Source of the DNA: the human T2T-CHM13v2.0 reference genome, Homo sapiens
Reading direction: 5' to 3' (one strand)
Assembly (NCBI RefSeq): GCF_009914755.1
Contig: NC_060936.1
Length of the DNA: 64,000 bases
Every line of letters starts with the position of its first letter. Within the stretch, counting starts at the first letter, position 1. Shown here piece after piece: positions 55,566 through 64,000 of the stretch. The position numbers and the translations under genes are program-made. Below the pieces are notes generated by a model, which worked only from the letters and a program-made list of their open reading frames with translations, ran no database searches and was not told the DNA's origin.

Positions 55566-58500
55566 ATGACAGGATCAAATTCACACATAATGATATTAAC
55601 CTTAAATGTAAATAGGCTAAATGCCCCAATTAAAAGACACAGACTGGCAAATTGGATAAAGAATCAAGACCCATCAGTGTGCTGTATTCAGGAGACCCAT
55701 CTCATGTTGCAAAGATGCACATAGGCTCAAAATAAAGGGATGGAGGAAGATTTACCAAGCAAATGGAACACAAAAAAAGCGGGGGTTCCATCCTAGTCTC
55801 TGATAAAACAGACTTTAAGCCAACAAAGATCATAAGAGACAAAGAAGGCCATTATATAATGGTAAAGGGATCAATTCAACAGGAAGAGCTAACTATCCTA
55901 AATATATATGCACCCAATACAGGAGCACCCATATTCATAAAGTAAGTCCTTAGAGACCTACAAAGAGACTTAGACTGCCACACAATAATAATGGGAGACT
56001 TTAACACCCCACTGTCAATATTAGACAGATCAATGAGACAGAAGCTTAACAAGGATATCCAGGACCTGAACTCAGCTCTGCAACAGACAGACCTAATAGA
56101 CATCAACAGAACTCTCCACCCCAAATCAACAGAATATACATTCTTCTCAGCACCACATTGCACTAATTCTAAAATTGACCACATAATTTGAAGCAAAGCA
56201 CTCTTCAGCAAATGTAAAAGAAATCACAACAAACTGTCTCTCAGACCACAGTGCAATCAAATTAGAACTCAGGATTAAGAAACTCACTCAAAACCGCACA
56301 ACTACATGGAAACTGAACAACTTGCTCCTGAATGACTACTGGGTAAGTAATGAAATGAAGGCAGAAATAAAGATGTTCTTTGAAACCAGTAAGAACAAAG
56401 ACACAAGGTACCAGAATCTCTGGGAAACATTTAAAACAGTGTATACAGGGAAATTTATAGCACTAAATGCCCACAAGAGAAAGCAGGAAAGATTTAAAAT
56501 CAACACCCTAACATCACAATTAAAAGAACTAGAGAAGCAAAAGCAAACAAATTCAAAAGTTAGCAGAAGGCAAGAAATAACTAAGATCAGAGCAGAACTG
56601 AAAGAGAGACACAAAAAGCCCTTCAAAAAATCAATGAATTTAGGAGCGGTTTTTTGAAAAGATCAACACAATTGATAGACCCCTAGCAAGACTAATAAAG
56701 AAGAAAAGAAAGAAGAATCAGACACAATAAAAAATGATAAAGGGGATATGACCACCGATCCCACAGAATACAAACTACCATCAGAGAATACTATAAACAC
56801 TTCTATGCAAATAAACTAAAAAATCTAGAGAAATGGATAAATTCCTGGACACACACACCCTCCCAATGCTAAACCAGGAAGAAGCTGAGTCTCTGAATAG
56901 ACCAATAATAGGCTCTGAAATTGAGGCAATAATTAATAGCCTAGCAACCAAAAAAAAGTCCAGGATCAGATGGATTCACAGCCGAATTGTACCAGAGGCA
57001 CAAAGAGGAGCTGGTACCATTCCTTCTGAAACTATTCCAATCAATAGCAAAAGAGGGAATCCTCCCTAACTCATTTTATGAGGCCAACATCATCCTGATA
57101 CCAAAGCCTGGCAGAGACACAAGAAAAAAAGAGAATTTTAGACCAATATCCCTGATGAACATCAAGGCAAAAATCCTCAGTAAAACACCAGCAAACCGAA
57201 TCCAGCAGCACATCAAAAAGCTTATCCACCATGATCAAGTTGGCTTCATCCCTGGGATGCAAGGCTGGTTCAACATATGCAAATCAATAAACGTAATCCA
57301 TCACATAAACAGAACCAAAGACAAAAACCACATGATTATTTCAATAGATGCAGAAAAGGCCTTTGACAAAATTCAACAGCCCTTCATGTTAAAAACTCTC
57401 AATAAACTAGGTATTGATGGAATGTATCTCAAAATAATAAGAGCTATTTATGACAAACCCACAGCCAATATCATACGGAATGGGCAAAAACTGGAAGTAT
57501 TCCCTTTGAAAATCTGCAAAAGACAAGGATGCCCTCTCTCACCACTCCTATTCAACATAGTGTTGGAATTTCTGGCCAGGGCAATCAGGCAGGAGAAAGA
57601 AATAAAGGGTATTCAATTAGGAAAGGAGGAAGTCAAATTGTCCCTGTTTGCAGATGACATGATTGTATATTTAGAAAACCCCATAATCTCAGCCCCAAAT
57701 CTCCTTAAGCTGATAAGCAACTTCAGCAAAGTCTCGGGATACAAAATCAATTTGCAAAAATCACAAGCATTGCTATACACCAATAACATACAAATAGAGA
57801 GCCAAACCATGAGTGAACTCCCACTCACAATTGCTACAAAGACAATAAAATACTTAGGAATCCAAATTACAAGGAATGTGAAGGACCTCTTCAAGGAGAA
57901 CTACAAACCACTGCTCAGCGAAATAAAAGAGGACACAGACAAATGGAAGAACATTCCATGCTCATGGATAGGAAGAATCAATATCATGAAAATGACCATA
58001 CTGCTCAAGGTAATTTATAGATTCAATGCCAACCCCATCAAGCTACCAATGACTTTCTTCACAGAATTGGAAAAAACTAAAGTCCATATGGAACCAAAAA
58101 AGAGCCCGCATTGCCAAGACAATCCGAAGCAAAAAGAATTAAGCTGGAGGCATCATGCTCCTGACTTCAAACTATACTACAAGGCTACAGTAACCAAAAC
58201 AGCATGGTACTGGTACCAAAACAGAGAGGTAGACCAATGGAACAGAACAGAGGCCTCAGAAATACCACCACACATCTACAACCATCTGTTCTTTGACAAA
58301 CCTGACAAAAACAAGAAATGAGGAAATGATTCCCTATTTAATAAATGGTGCCAGGAAAACTGGCTAGCCATACATAGAAAGCTGAAACTGGATCCCTTCC
58401 TTACACCTTACACAAAAATTAATTCAAGATGGATTAAAGACTTAAATGTTAGACCTAAAACCATAAAAACCCTAGAAGAAAACTTGGCAGTACCATTCAG

Positions 58501-59369
58501 GCCATAGGCATGGGCAAGGACTTCATGACTAAAACAACAAAAGCAATGGTAACAAAAGCCAAAATAGACAAATGGGATCTAATTAAACTAAAAAGCTTCT
58601 GCATGGCAAAAGAAACTACCATCAGAGTGAACAGACAACCTACAGAATGGGAGAAAATTTTTGCAATCTACCCATCTGACAAAGGGCTAATATTCAGAAT
58701 CTTCAAAGAACTCAACCAAATTTACAAGAAAAAAACAAACAACCCCATCAAAATGTGGGCAAAGGATATGAACAGACACTTCTCAAAAGAAGACATCTAT
58801 GCAGCCAACAGACACATGAAAAAATGCTCATCATCACTGGCCATCAGAGAAATGCAAATCAAAACCACAATGAGATATCATCTCATGCCAGTTAGAATGG
58901 CAATCATTAAAAAGTCAGGAAACAACAGATACTGGAGAGGATGTGGAGAAATAGGAACACTTTTACACTGTTGGTGGGCGTGTAAATTAGTTCAACCATT
59001 GTGGAAGACAGTGTGGCGATTCCTCAAGGATCTAGAACTAGAAATACCATTTGACCTAGCAATCCCATTGCTGAGTATATACCCAAAGGATTATAAATCA
59101 TGCTGCTATAAAGACACATGCACACGTATGTTTATTGCGGCACTATTCACAATAGCAAAGACTTGGAACCAACCCAAATGTCCATCAGTGATAGACTGGA
59201 TTAAGAATATGTGGCACATATACACTATGGAATACTATGCAGCCATAAAAAGGATGAGTTCATGTCCTTTTCAGGGACATGGATGAAGCTGGAAATCATC
59301 ACTCTCAGCAAACTATCACAAGGACAGAAAACCAAACACTGCATGTTCTCACTCATAGTTGGGAACTGA
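55566..59369 (+). pseudogene. L1 ORF2p (endonuclease/RT), disrupted
   Basis: EN motifs NIYAPN and GDFNTPL; RT QGCPLSP and LFADD in 56987-58321; multiple stops and frameshifts. Confidence 0.95.
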
Positions 59370-59729
59370 ACAATGAGATCACTTGGACAAAGGGAGGGGA
59401 ACATCACACACTGGGGCCTGTTGGGGGGTGGGGGGCTGGGAGATGGATAGCATTAGGAGAAATACCTCATGTAAATGATGAGTTGATGGGTGCAGCAAAC
59501 CAACATGGCACATGTATACCTATGTATCAAACCTGCATGTTGTGCGCATGTACCCTAGAACAATAAAAAAAACTAAAATGCTAAATTTTGTTATGCACAT
59601 TTTACCGTAAATTTTTTAAAACAGACATATATGCAGATATAGACATATAGTTCTATATCAGACATATGTCTATATATGTCAAATATTGACAAATAAAATG
59701 GGAAGAGTAGGGAGTGTTGGGGGGCGTAG

Positions 59730-60630
<901 letters not shown>

Positions 60631-60714
60631 AATACTCCGTGGTTTGTGTGGCAGGTTCATGTCAATAATCTTATTTCCTGCTGATCGTCAAACCCTCATA
60701 GGGTTCACAATGTC

Positions 60715-60910
60715 AGGGCTTGGGTTTGGGAGCTACCAAGCCTGAGTCTGGTACTCATTTGCAGGGTGGCCCAAGCCAAGCCCCTTAGCCTCTCTGGGCC
60801 TCAATTGTCCACCTGCAAAATGGACCTACTGATGTTTGATAGATTTGTTATTGTGAGGATCGTGGCACCTGCTGCATAGGGATTGTTCAATAGTGGCAGC
60901 TGTTATTATT
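60715..60910 (+). mobile_element. MIR
   Basis: CCTCTCTGGGCCTCAATT..CACCTGCAAAATGG. Confidence 0.65.
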
Positions 60911-61182
60911 GATGAGCACAGCTGGAATTAGAACATGGTCCTCTGTTCCCAGTTCTGTGTTCCTTTCCTGATGGCTCTTTTCTCAATTTCTAGACAGCTT
61001 CTGGTCAATTGATCATTCTTGGGAATAGCATGTCACTTTCCAACATTTTAATTATGCTTGGTCTCATTTGAGAAAAGTTTTCTTCGACCATTAGACTCTT
61101 TTCTAAGAGTCTGACAGTTCCTGAGTTGGGGTATGGTCTTGTGTGTGACTGTGGGTGTGTGGGCGGCAGTTCTTTCAATTAC

Positions 61183-61494
61183 TTTTTCTTTTTTCTGAGA
61201 CAGGGTCTCACTCTGTTGCCCAGGCTGAAGTACAGTGGTGTGATCATGGCTCACTGTAGCCTCGATCATGGCTCACTGTAGCTTTGACCTCCCAGGCTAA
61301 AGCAATTCTCCCACCTCAGCCTCCCGAGTAGCTGGGACTACAGGCACACACCTGGCTAATTTTTGTGTATTTTTTGCAGAGAGAGGGTCTCACTATTTTG
61401 CCCAGGCTGGTCTCAAACTCCTGGCCTCAAGCGATTCTCCCGCCTCGGCCTCCCAAAGTGAGGGGATTGCAGGTGTGAGCCACTGCTCCTGGCT
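61183..61494 (-). mobile_element. AluJ with internal 22-bp tandem duplication
   Basis: GATCATGGCTCACTGTAGC at 61242 and 61264. Confidence 0.92.
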
Positions 61495-61789
61495 TAAGTG
61501 ATTTTATTTGGTATTGCCCCCTTTCAAGTAGGAGCCTTGTGATCCAGAGCCCCTCTTCTCACCTGGCTTAATACATCTTTTTCCCCAGACTAAACTGACT
61601 AGACCTTTTAACATTTATTAAGCACCCTCTCACTCTAGCTAAGATTTAGTTCTAGAACACTAGAATAGGGAAACTTTTCCTCTCCCCCTCCCATAATTTA
61701 GCACATAAACAATGAAATGGGAAGAAATGTTGAGCACATCACACAGTAGACCACGTGGGGCTTGAAAGAGGGGCAGGAGGGGCTGCCAG

Positions 61790-61960
61790 AGCACTGCACG
61801 AGGAGCCTGAACACCTGGGTCTCTACTAGCTGTCAATCACAGATCACTACCTCTCTGAACTTTAGAGTCTTTGACTACAAAATACAAATAACAGCATCTG
61901 ACCCTGTACCTCATGGAGTTATTAGGAGGATCAAATTAGAGAAAGCATGGGAATTAAGGT
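61790..61960 (+). mobile_element. MIR
   Basis: TACTAGCTGT..CCTCTCTGAAC...TACCTCATGGAGTTATTAGGAGGAT. Confidence 0.65.
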
Positions 61961-62027
61961 GTCATAGGTCATGAATTACAATATTTATTAAATTCAAATG
62001 CATAAGCCATAATCCCACTCGCCTTCC

Positions 62028-62190
62028 ACTGTGTCCCAAAGTGTGGTTCGTGGACTTCCCTCATCAGAATCACCTAAGGTTGCTTAATGAAATACTGAAT
62101 TCTGGGTCCTACCTCAGCCCAAGTCTCTCCCTCCCCACCTCCCAACCAGCCAAGTGATTATTAAGCATAATAAAGTTTGGAGCTGCTGGT
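62028..62190. mobile_element. MER5A/B
   Basis: CAAAGTGTGGTTC...CATCAGAATCACCT...AAAGTTTG. Confidence 0.75.
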
Positions 62191-62699
62191 CCAGGAACTA
62201 AGTTTGATGGGATAAAAAAAAGAAGATAAAGGATAATTATTTAAGTGCCCATAGATTCTTGGCATTCACATAGGTGCCAACCTATAATATAAATGACTGG
62301 CCTTATCCATCATGTTTGAATATTCCCAATGGGTGGCACATTGTGTTCCATTAAAAATAGCTGGGTAAGGCCACTTGACAGAATTTTAAATAGGCAATAT
62401 AAATTGTTACACACGTCCCTTCTGAAGGGACATTTTTAATGTAGAGTCTTTTGTCTAAAGATAAATTTCTAATGTTCTTTCCACCTGTCTCCTATGCCCC
62501 CAGAACACCCAGTCTTGGCTTTTCTTGGTACTTTACTAAATGCCACGAAGCTGAGGACTCACTGCTTTTCAATGCCAGCATTTCTGACCCAGGCTCCTCT
62601 CCCACAGCCAACCCATCACTAGGGCCAAATCAGCAATTGTACCTGCCGTAACAATCTGGGTGAGCGCCCAGGGGACAGCCTGTTCTGGTTGAAGCAGGA

Positions 62700-63080
62700 C
62701 CTGAAGTTCTTACGGCACATTGACTCAGCAGGACTCAGATGCTTCCACAAGCCAGATGGGCAGTGGGGGTTTCCATATCCTCAGCCTGCAATCTCTTTAG
62801 CCCAGATAATAGGCCCACCAGCTGGTCATCCACTCCCGAAGTTTTCAGCTGGGCATTTCTCCATCCATTTAAAAGTACAGTAAGCTTTATAGATACATAG
62901 ATGCTCCAGAACCATTTGGAATAAATTGAGCATGTGGCAGAGGAAGAGGGCAGGGGATTTCCAAGAACGACCAGCAGCACTTGGAGATTTGTTTCTTAAA
63001 AAACACGACTCCTTTTCTTCTCTGATCCTGTGGTCTATTGTGAAATGACCAGAGATTTCTCCCAAGGATCTTGAGAGAGA

Positions 63081-63116
<36 letters not shown>

Positions 63117-63910
63117 ACCAAGTGCTATCGGCAAAGAGGCCATACTTGGATGCCATGATCATCAGACATTTCTCTGGCCCCTAGAATGAGTTGGAACAGA
63201 GATGCGGCGTGCAAAAGCCTGAGCCTGGAGCCCGGGGTGATTTTAGAAAAGCAACACTCCCTCACCTGGGAGACACAGAAACCTTGAGAAAAGTGTGGAG
63301 CATGTGCTTGTGCTGAGGTGATCTATATATCTGGGGCCCAAGGTACCTGCATGGACAGCTAGTTAACATTCTTATTTTTGCCATTATTACTTTTGTTTTC
63401 CTAACTCCCCCGGACTCACTCTGCCCACCCCCACCAATGTTGTCTCCCCATCTGAAATGCCCTCCCTCAAAGCTCCCCTCCTCCACGCTGTCTTTCCTGA
63501 CCAGAGTTCTCACTGACCTCCCGCTGCTCAGGGCGCTCCTAACAGTCATCTACCCACGTTATTCTGTGCGTATGAATCTGACATTCCCAATATGATTGTG
63601 CGTCAGGCGCCAAGCCTGGGCACCCTTCGTTATTCCACCTCACTACCCAGCCAAAGCGGGTGTCTGCTAAATGCCTGCTGACTCGTTGGCAGTGGGCTGG
63701 GACATAGAAATAATCTTTAAAAACTGAATTGGGTAATACAATAGACTTTGTGAAAAACAGATATACCTGAATGATGAGAAACAAGTTTGGCAAAACAAGA
63801 CAGTAGAATTATTCCATCATTCTGCATCTAAAAAAAGTTAGAGGGAGAGAGAAAAATGAAAAGTTCCCAGTGACATCAGCTTTGGCAGTCCCTAATGGAA
63901 AGTGGCCTTG
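62700..63910. promoter_or_regulatory. Candidate inducible enhancer/promoter region (ARE/MARE, NF-kB, CRE/AP-1-like)
   Basis: TGACTCAGCA 62721-62730; GGGGGTTTCC 62765-62774; GGGGATTTCC 62953-62962; TGCGTCA 63599; TGCTGACTC 63676; raised CpG content and no interspersed repeats. Confidence 0.5.
63073..63116. repeat. (GA)n microsatellite
   Basis: Direct observation. Confidence 0.97.
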
Positions 63911-64000
63911 CCAGAGCCCTGCTCCCTCGCTCAATTGGGAACGCTTTTCATTAATGCTATTAACCTGGCCCCACAGTCAGAGGCACAGCCTGCTGGGCCA

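Larger units (their letters stand above)
53452..59572 (+). mobile_element. Full-length L1PA6-like LINE-1 (inactive)
   Basis: 5' UTR CCAAGATG..GAATAGGAACAGCTCCGG (YY1 site), ORF1, ORF2, 3' UTR, short poly-A; TSD CTAAAATG. Confidence 0.95.

Noticed and set aside
53452-59572. Active LINE-1
   Set aside because: Both ORFs carry several stops and frameshifts.

Overview
Primate (almost certainly human or great-ape) nuclear DNA, dominated by interspersed repeats. These include about 22 Alus (FAM/FLAM, J, S, Y), MIR and L2 relics, MaLR LTRs (a full-length THE1D nested in a MER34-type LTR, THE1B, MSTA/B, several MLT1), MER21 and LTR16-like LTRs, hAT MITEs (MER5, MER58, MER91, MER94), old L1M pieces, and a full-length but ORF-disrupted L1PA6-like element at 53452-59572. 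I found no intact cellular protein-coding gene, RNA gene or CpG island, and nearly all listed ORFs are repeat-derived. Most notable: (1) non-repeat DNA between about 1 and 21100 contains minus-strand exon-like segments and broken reading frames with recurring RGS-domain-like motifs, suggesting a decayed multi-RGS (RGS22/RGSL1-like) unitary pseudogene; this is inference and needs tBLASTn/HMM confirmation. (2) There are several local template-switch or templated-insertion scars, including an L1 fragment apparently copied from the L1 19 kb away, a 140-bp dispersed duplication and inverted duplications. (3) Two L1s of very different age inserted at the same nucleotide. (4) Candidate enhancers lie at 36.3 kb and 62.7-63.9 kb (NF-kB, ARE). 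Repeat subfamily names come from recalled consensus sequences and are approximate.
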